This document shows positions 46,841 through 56,400 of a stretch of DNA of 64,000 bases, one piece after another. Position 1 is the first letter of the stretch, and the number at the start of each line of letters is the position of its first letter. The DNA lies in IMG/VR virus record IMGVR_UViG_3300030107_006644, positions 124,001-188,000 of that record; one strand, given 5' to 3'. The notes under the pieces are model-generated. The model did no database searches, had not been told where the DNA came from, and saw nothing but the letters and a program-made list of their open reading frames with translations. The position numbers and the translations under genes are program-made.

Positions 46841-47908
46841 ATGGCTGTCGATTTCGCCACTTTCCGTTCTGTCGTTCCTCATGTCACTGCTGCCCGCTTC
46901 CCCGTGCTCTTGCGCGGTCGTCACGGTGTCGGTAAATCACAGGTTGTTTATCAGCTTGCAGGCGATCTCGATCTCCCCGTTGTGGAGCGTCGAGCTTCGC
47001 AAATGACCGAGGGCGATCTTCTCGGCCTTCCGTCTACCGATGGCGCGACCACCCGATGGAACCCGCCTGTCTGGTTTAAGACCGCGTGCGAGACTCCTGT
47101 TGTGCTCTTTCTGGATGAGGTTGACCGTGCGACGGTCGAGGTCCGTCAGGGCATTTTCGAGTTGACCGATAGCCGCAAGCTGGCTGGGTTCTCGCTCCAT
47201 GAGGACACGATCATCATCGCAGCCGTCAACGGTGGCGAACATGGCGCTCAATATCAGGTCGGCGAAATGGACCCGGCAGAGCTTGACCGCTACACGGTCT
47301 TCGACGTTGAGCCTTCCCATGAGGATTGGCTTGAGTGGGCGAAGTCTAACGTCGATGGCGTCGTTTGGGACTTCATCAACAACAATCGGAACCACCTTGA
47401 GCACGCTGGCGACTTTGAGCCGAACAAGGTTTACCCTTCCCGTCGTTCGTGGGATCGGCTCAATCAGGCTGCGACTGGTGCGGCTCTCTTTGAAGAGGGT
47501 GCCGATCTCGGTCTGCTCTACAACCTGACTTGCGCGTTTGTCGGCTTTGAAGCTGGCGTTGCGTTCAAGGACTTCGTTGAGAACTATTCCCGTCAGGTCA
47601 CTGTCGAGGATATTTTGGTCAAGGGTGAGATTGACCGTACCTCCGAGTTCACGATCAACGAGCACAGTGCTTTGGTCGAAAAGATGGAGGCAACCGAGAC
47701 TTTCGCGGATCACCTGCCTTCCGAGCAGATTCAGAACCTCGCTGATTTCTTCGTCACGCTGCCTTCTGAAGTTGCTATGAAGCTGTGGACCGTCATGGGT
47801 AACGGCGAGATCCAGAACACTGTCGATCTCCACCAGTCCACTGCGTCCGATGGTCGCTCCGTGTCTGGATACCTCGTTGAGCTTCTGACCGGCGAGGCAG
47901 CAAGTTAA
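46841..47908 (+). CDS. MoxR-like AAA+ ATPase
   Basis: Walker A GRHGVGKS, GDLLGLP, Walker B LFLDEVDRA, MDPAELDRY, PSRRSW. Confidence 0.9.
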   Translation: MAVDFATFRSVVPHVTAARFPVLLRGRHGVGKSQVVYQLAGDLDLPVVERRASQMTEGDLLGLPSTDGATTRWNPPVWFKTACETPVVLFLDEVDRATVEVRQGIFELTDSRKLAGFSLHEDTIIIAAVNGGEHGAQYQVGEMDPAELDRYTVFDVEPSHEDWLEWAKSNVDGVVWDFINNNRNHLEHAGDFEPNKVYPSRRSWDRLNQAATGAALFEEGADLGLLYNLTCAFVGFEAGVAFKDFVENYSRQVTVEDILVKGEIDRTSEFTINEHSALVEKMEATETFADHLPSEQIQNLADFFVTLPSEVAMKLWTVMGNGEIQNTVDLHQSTASDGRSVSGYLVELLTGEAAS

Positions 47909-47917
47909 ACCTTGAAC

Positions 47918-47938
47918 GTCCCCCGCTTGTCGGGGGAC
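47918..47938 (+). terminator. GC-rich hairpin after the ATPase gene (possible terminator)
   Basis: GTCCCCCG-cttgt-CGGGGGAC, flanked on both sides by TTAAACCTT. Confidence 0.5.
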
Positions 47939-47949
47939 TTAAACCTTTC

Positions 47950-48004
47950 TTGACATTCTCTTGACAACTTTGCCCTTGATTTTTTCGCTCCAGCGTGCTA
48001 TATT
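47950..48004 (+). promoter_or_regulatory. Triple-TTGAC early promoter, copy 12
   Basis: TTGACA(47950), TTGACA(47961), TTGATT(47976)-17 bp-TATATT(47999). Confidence 0.85.
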
Positions 48005-48027
48005 ATATGTGTAGTAAGGAGATTTCT

Positions 48028-49224
48028 ATGACCGACCAGCCTTCGACCTTCGACCTCAACAAGCACACTGCGCGTCTGCTTATGAACGAGCCCTTCTTTG
48101 CCGCGCTCTCGCGCCGGATCAATAAGCGCAAGTCCAGCGCGATCCCGACTGCCGGTGTGCGCGTGACCGATGATGGTCACTTTGAAATGCTTTATAATCC
48201 TGCTTTCTTTGAGGAGTTGACCGACGTGCAGCGTGCGGGCGTCCTTAAGCATGAGTTCTACCACCTTGTTTTTGAGCACGTCACTGGACGGTTGCCCGAG
48301 GCTGGTATGTCTAAAATGTGGAACATCGCCACAGACCTCGCGATCAACAGTCACCTTGTGGGCGAGTTGCCCGAACAGTGCTGTATGCCCGGTCAAGGCC
48401 CGTTCGCCGATATGGAGTTGGGCAAGTCTGCCGAGTTCTACTTTGCCGCACTGAAGAAGAAGGCAGAGGAGCAGGACGAGCAGGAGGGCGACGGTGAAGG
48501 TGGCGGATCCGGCGACCCGTCCGATCAAATGGGCGATAGCTTTGATGACCACAGCGGCTGGGGAGAGGGTTCAGGGACCGCTCAAGACATCGCGAAGGAG
48601 CGTCTTAAGGATTCGGTCAAGAAAGCCGCTGAAGAGGCTCAGAAGGCCAATAGCTGGGGTTCTGTTAGCTCCTCGTGCCGTCAAGACATCCTTGAGCGCA
48701 TCGCGACCCGCATCGACTGGCGCAAGGTGCTCCGCTACTTCATTAAAACTTCTCAACGGTCTAACCGTACTCGCACGGTCAAGCGTTTGAACAAGCGTTA
48801 CCCCTACATTCACGCGGGTTCTCGCGTCAGGCGTCAGGCCCGTATCGCGATCAGCATCGATCAGTCTGGTTCCGTTGATGATGGCATGCTTGCCGCGTTC
48901 TTCTCCGAGTTGAACAAGCTGGCCGAGCTTGCCGAGTTTACGGTTGTTCCTTTCGACACCGAGGTTGCAGAGGATCACGTCCACGTCTGGAAGCGCGGAG
49001 AGCGCCGCAAGTGGGTCCGTGTTCGCTATGGAGGCACTTGCTTCAACGCTCCGACCCGATACGTCAATGAGGGCAACTTCGACGGTCACATCGTCCTGAC
49101 GGACCTCATGGCCCCTAAGCCAATCGCTAGCCGATGCCAGCGTATGTGGATGACGACCAAGCAGTACGCGGAGCGTCCTTACTTTCAAACCAACGAGCGT
49201 ATCATCGCTATTGATACGCAATAA
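48028..49224 (+). CDS. DUF2201-type metallopeptidase-vWA protein (MoxR partner)
   Basis: IPTAGV, YNPAFF, VLKHEFYHLV (HExxH), WNIATDLAIN, DDHSGW, DWRKVLR, ISIDQSGSV (MIDAS), GGTCF, VLTD. Confidence 0.88.
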   Translation: MTDQPSTFDLNKHTARLLMNEPFFAALSRRINKRKSSAIPTAGVRVTDDGHFEMLYNPAFFEELTDVQRAGVLKHEFYHLVFEHVTGRLPEAGMSKMWNIATDLAINSHLVGELPEQCCMPGQGPFADMELGKSAEFYFAALKKKAEEQDEQEGDGEGGGSGDPSDQMGDSFDDHSGWGEGSGTAQDIAKERLKDSVKKAAEEAQKANSWGSVSSSCRQDILERIATRIDWRKVLRYFIKTSQRSNRTRTVKRLNKRYPYIHAGSRVRRQARIAISIDQSGSVDDGMLAAFFSELNKLAELAEFTVVPFDTEVAEDHVHVWKRGERRKWVRVRYGGTCFNAPTRYVNEGNFDGHIVLTDLMAPKPIASRCQRMWMTTKQYAERPYFQTNERIIAIDTQ

Positions 49225-49357
49225 ACAACACAACTTAAACCTTTGGAGGGTTTTGTGATTACTACTGCAGCAGCTATTTTGTTTTGTTCTCTTTGGGTCG
49301 CCGCCTTTTCGGTGCTTGGCTATGAAGCATGCGCCCCGCTCATTCGTGGGGTGTAAC

Positions 49358-49678
49358 ATGGCTATTTTCTCAAGAGACACGCGAGGAACCAATCAGACCG
49401 TTATTCAAGAGTGGTCCGAGGGTAGAAGTGCCAGAAATCATAAAGGTACACTGACCACAAACGGTATCTATCTTTACAGTTACACAGTGGTTATTGGTAT
49501 CAGGCTTGAGTCCGGTGTAACAATCGTCAAGGACTGCACTGCGCCCGCTGGCATGTTCCATTCTATGACCACTTCACAGCATGTAGGCGCAGCAAAGCGA
49601 GTAGCTAACACTGTCATGCATCCAAGGGTCTGGGAAGCAACGCCCGAACTGCATGAGTTCTCCGATGTGCCATTTTAA
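49358..49678 (+). CDS. Phage hypothetical protein
   Basis: LYSYTVVIG...SMTTSQHV. Confidence 0.65.
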   Translation: MAIFSRDTRGTNQTVIQEWSEGRSARNHKGTLTTNGIYLYSYTVVIGIRLESGVTIVKDCTAPAGMFHSMTTSQHVGAAKRVANTVMHPRVWEATPELHEFSDVPF

Positions 49679-49693
49679 GGGTCGAGGGTAATA

Positions 49694-50014
49694 ATGAAGT
49701 ATTATTTAACGAAAACAGACGTTAGACGCGGGGATCCTCAAAAGGGTGAACCCGCTATTGTTGCGACAGAAGTTGTGATGACCAAGCCAGCAACGTACAA
49801 GGCGACAGAAGGAGCACGCCAACGCTGGACCGCTATGGGTATTGAAAACCTGCATGTCATTGAACACAAAGCCAAGCGATACAACAGTTTGGTGAGGGAA
49901 CAGAATAAAAGACGCAAAGCAGAGAAGAAGATGACCAAGGCAGACTTGGCCGAGATTGCTGCAGCGTTCGCAGACAATGACGAGGAGAATAAGGAAGAGG
50001 GTAGTAATGATTAA
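49694..50014 (+). CDS. Hypothetical protein
   Basis: ORF with GAGG SD. Confidence 0.6.
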   Translation: MKYYLTKTDVRRGDPQKGEPAIVATEVVMTKPATYKATEGARQRWTAMGIENLHVIEHKAKRYNSLVREQNKRRKAEKKMTKADLAEIAAAFADNDEENKEEGSND

Positions 50015-50129
50015 AAAGATTATTGCTGCATTGATTGTGATACTTCTATGGGAGAATAGACACACTATTGCAGAACACATTAAGGTATTCTGGTATGAAG
50101 GTGTTACCATTTCCCAGAACGGTTAGGAG

Positions 50130-50870
50130 GGATCAGGCCCGTGGAGTTTCATCGGGTTAGGACAAAGCAAGTTAAACCTTTCTATAAAGTGAGCGAAGAG
50201 GTAACAAAATGAGGGGATGATCTAGTATATACACGATGCACCACTGTGTCAACGTGTCAAAACATATACGGTTAGCTGGGGAAGCGTATCAAAAGGTATA
50301 CGCTGCTCAAGTTAAACCTTTGTCACATAAATGTCACACAAGGCATGCTACAAGTGCGACAAGGGTGGACATGACAAGGCCGAGGGCCGAGGAGAATATA
50401 AATGTATCAGCGTAACAACAATGATGCTACAAATGCGACAGACGAGAGCGCAGGTTATAACGACCATATCAGTGACGCACTAGCATGTGTCTTTATGTGT
50501 ATCATTGTATACATCATGTGCTACATAGGGTTTGCTCTTGACGTTGCAGGAGGATACGAAAGATGAGCGAGGGTAATAAAATAAATAATGATACACAATA
50601 ATACATACAACACATGTAACACAGGTGATACAAGCAACACATAAAGGGACACAAGCATAAGGTAGGTGTAACCTATGTAACCAGTGACACATATAAAGCG
50701 TATACATTTATATATGCTACACAAAAGCATAGTAATAACAAGCACATACACTACCCCCCCTCCCCTCTCCCGGAATGTAAGTACCTGTAATCATTGGGGT
50801 TTCAAGCGACGACTAGATCAACGTGTGATCGCTATGAAAAAAACGTAGATCTTCATTTTTCAGAAAATAT
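50130..50870. other. Long non-coding, strand-skewed region (candidate origin or terminus)
   Basis: No credible ORF; A/C-rich low-complexity tract ~50570-50750; C tract 50754-50771; two GTTAAACCTT sites; reversed TGACA repeats. Confidence 0.5.
50224..50260 (-). promoter_or_regulatory. Minus-strand sigma70 promoter with doubled TTGACA
   Basis: Reverse complement reads TTGACA-cg-TTGACA-17 bp-TATACT. Confidence 0.6.
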
Positions 50871-50899
50871 TTGACAAATTTCGTAGGATAGGTTATATT
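50871..50899 (+). promoter_or_regulatory. Sigma70-type promoter
   Basis: TTGACA(50871)-17 bp-TATATT(50894). Confidence 0.7.
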
Positions 50900-50973
50900 T
50901 ATATGTGAGGGCTAAAAGATATGACAGTAAGTGAAGCCCCAAAAATTTTGCAAAGTAAAAAATCGAGGATATA

Positions 50974-52608
50974 ATGGCAGAATGCAGAGAATGTGGCGGT
51001 CCGATTCCGCCCAAGAAGACGAGCCGAGGGCCAAAGAAGAAGTATTGCAGTGAAAGATGCATGGATTTGTGGCACTACAAAAACGGAAAGCACAAATATG
51101 TGAAGAAGAACCCAAATTGGGGTAGTCTAACGCCAAAGCGAGAGGCCGAAAGGAAAAAGAGGCGAGAAGAGTACGAATGGTACAGCCAAAATTGGCTAAC
51201 AGCGACAGATCTTGGCGATCACTTGGGGATTCACCCGACAGGAGTGTTCCACAGGGCCAAAAAGCTTGGAATAAGACCCAAAATTGTGTTGTGGAGCGGT
51301 AAGAAGTCGTTCTACAGCCCAGAACAGGCCAAACAGATCGAGGAGGAGTATTTAGAAACACCGATTCCAGAAGGATTTCTAAAAAAGGTAGATGCAGCAG
51401 AGTACATATCCATGGCGGAGGGTACATTTGACTGGTATGTTCTTAAAAGAGAGATAGTACCCAGCATGGAATGGCAACAGACGCATGGTCAGAGAAATAA
51501 ATGCTTTCTATATAGCGTAGAATCGTTAGACGAGTTCCAAGAGGGTATGGATGCCAAGAGAGCCGAGAGAGCCGCTGTACGGGAAGCTAGGGCTGCTGAA
51601 AGAGAGGCGAGGGAGGTCGCCCGAGTAGAGGCTACTACGGGTAGGCTGACCATGCAACAGGTAGCTGCGCTTCATGGAGTCTCAGTAACCACTGTTCTTA
51701 AGTGGGTTAACCACGGTTTGGTGCCGTATGTTACGTTTAGCGGAGTTTATTACATCGATGAAGACGGTGTGCAAGAGAAGCCGTTTGTCATAAAGGAACA
51801 CACACCTTCTCAAACCCTCACTGATGAGGAGCGGCGATTGAACGAAATGTTCACGGCTATAGAACGTAGCAAAAACATATCTTCTGATTATGATATGGAG
51901 AGGCAACACCAACGTGAGCGAACAGAAGAGCTTAGTAGAAGGCAGAAGGAGCGTTGGAAAGATCCGAATGTCAAGTTTAGGATCCTTGTTGCAAATGCCA
52001 TTAAGGGCGATATCAAGAAAAATACGAAGGATCGGTACTTCCGCTTAGCGGTAAGAGATAGCTGGAAAGCGCTTAAAGAGAAGTGCGGGTATGACTGTGC
52101 TGCTCTTATCAAGCATATCGAGTCGCAATTTACCGATGAAATGAATTGGGATAACCACGGAAGGGTTAAAAAGGAAGGAGAAGGCTTTACATGGCAAATA
52201 GATCACATTAAGCCTCGCTCTGCTTTTAAATATACAAGCGTCGACGACCCTAAATTCGCTGAATGTTGGAGTTTAAATAACCTTAGACCGCTCGATGCAA
52301 GGCTCAACCTGTCTAAAGGTAGTGATAGTGAAGATAAGAAACCCACTTTAAAGCCCTCAAACGACAGAAAAAAATTCTCGCAAAAAAATTCGGCGCCGTT
52401 TTTGGCTTCTCCCTACAAGGATTACCTACATCCTTCGGAAGTTGCGCACAAACTTGACGTCTGTGAAGACACTGTGCGTAGATGGATACGTCAAGGAAAA
52501 ATTTCTGCCGCGAAAATTGGCAATGCGCTTTACATTCACGAAGATAATGTCGAGCGGCCGGCCCGTCGCGCGTGGGGATCGGTCCGAAAAGTCGACTACA
52601 GGTACTGA
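50974..52608 (+). CDS. Multi-HTH (excisionase/MerR-like) protein with HNH endonuclease domain
   Basis: N-terminal CRECG..KYCSERC; HTH_17-like LTMQQVAALHGVSVTTVLKWV and LHPSEVAHKLDVCEDTVRRWIRQG; HNH HIESQF..MNWDNHG..WQIDHIKP..LNNLRPL...NLSKG. Confidence 0.8.
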   Translation: MAECRECGGPIPPKKTSRGPKKKYCSERCMDLWHYKNGKHKYVKKNPNWGSLTPKREAERKKRREEYEWYSQNWLTATDLGDHLGIHPTGVFHRAKKLGIRPKIVLWSGKKSFYSPEQAKQIEEEYLETPIPEGFLKKVDAAEYISMAEGTFDWYVLKREIVPSMEWQQTHGQRNKCFLYSVESLDEFQEGMDAKRAERAAVREARAAEREAREVARVEATTGRLTMQQVAALHGVSVTTVLKWVNHGLVPYVTFSGVYYIDEDGVQEKPFVIKEHTPSQTLTDEERRLNEMFTAIERSKNISSDYDMERQHQRERTEELSRRQKERWKDPNVKFRILVANAIKGDIKKNTKDRYFRLAVRDSWKALKEKCGYDCAALIKHIESQFTDEMNWDNHGRVKKEGEGFTWQIDHIKPRSAFKYTSVDDPKFAECWSLNNLRPLDARLNLSKGSDSEDKKPTLKPSNDRKKFSQKNSAPFLASPYKDYLHPSEVAHKLDVCEDTVRRWIRQGKISAAKIGNALYIHEDNVERPARRAWGSVRKVDYRY

Positions 52609-52646
52609 AATTGCAAGGCTACTACTTAATAGAAGGGAGTGGCTTG

Positions 52647-52889
52647 ATGAACAAGGGCGATCTTGTATGGTGGTACGACTTGTATGATGATGATATCGTC
52701 AAAGACGCCGGTTCCGGAGTTGTCTTAGAGTCCAAGACATGGCGCTATGATAGTGAACCCGAGAGGGGCCCGAATTTCTCATCGAACATAATACGAACGA
52801 TTCATCGTGTGTATAAGTTTAAAACATGTAATGAAGACTGGTATACTGAATCAAATTTGGAACTTCTTTCAGAAAAAACAGAAGATTAG
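52647..52889 (+). CDS. GDLV-family microprotein
   Basis: MNKGDLVWW...GVVLE...HRVY...NLELLS. Confidence 0.6.
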   Translation: MNKGDLVWWYDLYDDDIVKDAGSGVVLESKTWRYDSEPERGPNFSSNIIRTIHRVYKFKTCNEDWYTESNLELLSEKTED

Positions 52890-52946
52890 TATAAGTTGGC
52901 CTCTAGTTACTTATGAGGCTTACCTCACATTTTATTAGGAGTGTAA

Positions 52947-53249
52947 ATGTTGTCAAACTCAGCTTCCGGTTCAATTGACATAGAAGAGCTTCTCAAAGAG
53001 ATGCTTTTAGTTCAATCGAGTGCTTCAAAAGCTACAAAAGAGCCAACACCTTATCAGGTTGTTAGTGGTTCTGGTGATGCTTGGTATTTTAGCCCCCAAG
53101 ACAGAAAAATGGTTAGAGTTCAACGTGGTTCTGAAGTATTGGTTTTGTCGAAAGAGACTGATATTCCCGGAAAGGTTTATGTTACGGACAGTAGTTCAAA
53201 AATATTTCTGATGCCAGTTGAAGAAATCATTGATATCGGATACAATTAA
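52947..53249 (+). CDS. Hypothetical protein
   Basis: AGGAG SD; CTAGTTA upstream. Confidence 0.6.
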   Translation: MLSNSASGSIDIEELLKEMLLVQSSASKATKEPTPYQVVSGSGDAWYFSPQDRKMVRVQRGSEVLVLSKETDIPGKVYVTDSSSKIFLMPVEEIIDIGYN

Positions 53250-53450
53250 ATTATAACAGGAGGCGGCATGGGTTCGCTATTGTTCACCCCTTTCGGTGCC
53301 AAACTCGTATGGATAGCTATATGGCTATTTTTTTGGTGGCTATTTAGTGCCGAGTTCGTAGTTGTGGTGCTGTTGTCGATGATCGCATACAAAAACCTGT
53401 TCCCAGAAGATTAGATAAACTTTTTCTATTTAACAGGCCTATTTATAGAG

Positions 53451-56400
53451 ATGAGTAAATTAACAAGAAAACAGCTTGAAGAATTAATCCACAAGAAACT
53501 GATGGAAACTTCGATAGCTAGTACAAATCCCAGAAGCGCTCGTAGCGCTAGCATGCCGCCGAGAGCAAGGAATCAGGCAGATCAACGAAATCCTGCCGAT
53601 GAAGAAGTGCTTAGCGAAGAAGTTGGCGAGACAGAAGAGTTCGAAGCAGAAGAAACATCTGGTGGCGATGCAATTGCTATGGCAGATCCTCCCAGCGAAT
53701 CGGAGATTGAGGATTATAGGCCGGAATTACCGGCCGAGCGACCTCCAGCAGAACCAGATTTGGAGAGATTTAGAATATCCCGTGGTGGAGGCGGTGGAGG
53801 ATCTGGCGGGAGCCAGCAAGTCTTTTCGCGTAGAGCAGAGCTTACCCCGCAAGCGCGAGATTGGCAGCGTTATGATGCAGCAATCGAACGTCGAAACACA
53901 ATTTTAGATACCTTCGGTCAAGCTGAAAGTCCGGAAGCGGCTGCTGAACAGTTTCTTCGCGGATTGGAAATAAGTCAAGAGGATATTCAGGGCGCATTCG
54001 GAGGGCAAGATTTTAGATATCTCCGCACCGCGTTAGAAGATCAGACTGAAGACATCTGGGGAGGCATCAGTGATATGCGCACCGCGTTCGCTAGTCAGAT
54101 AAATCAAGAAAGTAGTCCGACAGATAGGCAAGGGCGATCTCAATATATTGCAAATCCGGATATGCAAGCACTGATGGCAAAAATAGAACAGGGCAGCCCT
54201 CTTGATTCTAATGATACCGAACTTATTACCAGCCGCATGCGGACTTTAGACGTCGGAGATACTCAAGCTTCGCCGATGGGAGCATGGGACTTCTACGAAC
54301 AAGAAGGCCTTACTGTGGCCGGAGAGGACGGCCGGATCGAAATGCGGTCGCAACAAGATATGACTCCTTTGCAAAGTGCAACAAAAAATGTCATCCTAAA
54401 CGCCATGGCTGGTGGAGATTTTCAGCCTACCATTGGAATTGAATCAGTGCCAATGGCCCAGTATGGCGGCGGGCCCGGGCTGGCGGTCACTAGAGCCGTT
54501 GTACCTCCGGGTTCTGAAGAGTATGAACACTTGCAGAGAGTGCACGATCAAGTTCGAAGACAGGGGATTCACCCCACAGAAAGACAGGTTGGTACAGATT
54601 CTGAAGGCCGGCCAATTCTTTTAGCTATGGCGGATCTTAACCCTGAACACTTCGCATCCACTCGCCAGTCGAATCAAAACGCGCATACGATTGCCGCTGA
54701 GCGTGCCGGCTGGGGTGCGGAAATGGAAGACCTCCGGCAATACGCGGACGAACTCAATGATCAGATTAGATCAACAAACCGTAGAGGTCAAGCAACAGAG
54801 CCGCTTCGACAAGGCACTTCTATTGCGGATACCGACTTTGTTCTCCCGATGGACTTTTGGCATCCAAATATGAACAGGCCGAGAACCCGCGAGGAACTCG
54901 AAGGAGTAATGACCTCGCGAATACAAAGACGAGCAACGCGGGATCGACGGCAGATCCGCAGACGAGCGAAGATCAGACGTGGGCAGGCTGCTGCAGCAGA
55001 TGAGGGCGGGTGGGCACAACAAGCTTATACGTCAATGGATCGGGCGAGGGCAGCCGCTGGGACTGAAAGCGGGGCACGCACTATGGCCTCTGTGGGTATT
55101 AAGCGCGATGATGATAAATTTAATGAATCCCTCGACTATTCCAATTTTAAACCTTGGACGTCGCAAGGATTTGCAAATCTTGTAATGGCTGAAAGAAACC
55201 ACCATAAGAATAAAATTGACAGACAAATTGCAGAAACTCAGGAACAAATTCGCACAAAACACAGAGATCGACGAGCATTAGAGAGCAAAGTGCGCAGAGT
55301 TTTAGAACAAAAACTAAAAAAAAAGCTGAATGAAGCAGTTCCATATGGACAGCAGTTTGTACCCGGTACACTACCCTACGACTATGGCGCGGGTGGAGAG
55401 GGCAATTGGGCCCAGCCGGCGAACTGGCAGCCGACAACTGTAGCCGATACTGGAGGTGGGGGTGCGCCGGCAGCCGTCACCCCACCGCCAAGGGGCAGGG
55501 CCTCGCACCCATTAAGCGATGTAATTGGCGATAACCAAGAACGCGGAAATCTATTTAGACGATGGGTGAATGCAAATTATGGAGATTCGCTAGCAGGAGT
55601 TTTTGAAACAGACCAGAGAACTGCGGGACTTACCAACCGTCGTACCGGGCAACCAGATCGCAGCCTAGGCGGGAGCGGAAACCCCTCTAACGCCCACATG
55701 CAAGCTGCTTGGGATGCCTATGGCGACCAATTTATTAGAGCCATGTCCGCTACCGACGAAGGCGCAGATGTACATCCTAATTTAAGACCGTCTGAGGGAG
55801 ACGCTGGATATTTTAGCCAATTCGAAATGCCTACGCTCACTCCTCCGTCTGAAATTGAAACGCCCGAAACCGTAACACACACTTTTGGACAAGCCGATCT
55901 TGAGCAGCATCAAGCTGCGCTAGATAGCGATGATCAATTACCTCCAAGCTGGAGTCAGCAAAACCAACAGACGAGTCATAGTCCCGCTTATAGGGACAGA
56001 ATGCTTAGATCCCGAGGCGGTCGGACATTTGGCCAAAAATTAGCAGACCCATGGCGTAGAGTTGGTCAACAAGTACGCGACACTGCAGGAACATATATAG
56101 ATCCAGAAGATACTACGAACGCCGGCGTAGCTAGAAACGTTGCGCGCGGTATTGGCGGGGCTGCAACTCTTGGCCTTGTTGGACATCACCAGAGTACGGA
56201 AGCTAGCCCGCTTGGAGTGGTGGGCTCAACGGCAAGAGCTATTGGTAGTAATATAGGTACCGCATTGACTGAGCCTGTTAGGGCTATTGGCAATATCGGC
56301 ACAAGACAGCGTATATCTGGATTTGACGCCGAGACTGGCCGGCGAACAGACACACCAGCTGGAACTCGCACAGATGTTGGCGCTGAGCTTAGTCGTATCG

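Noticed and set aside
46937-49392. Long minus-strand ORFs (46937..47833, 47998..48552, 48571..49392)
   Set aside because: They lie opposite well-supported MoxR and vWA genes, have no motifs, and are explained by the codon bias of the sense genes.
50480-51427. Minus-strand Cys/Tyr-rich ORFs in the non-coding region
   Set aside because: They are translations of low-complexity skewed DNA or lie antisense to the HNH gene, and have no SD or motif.
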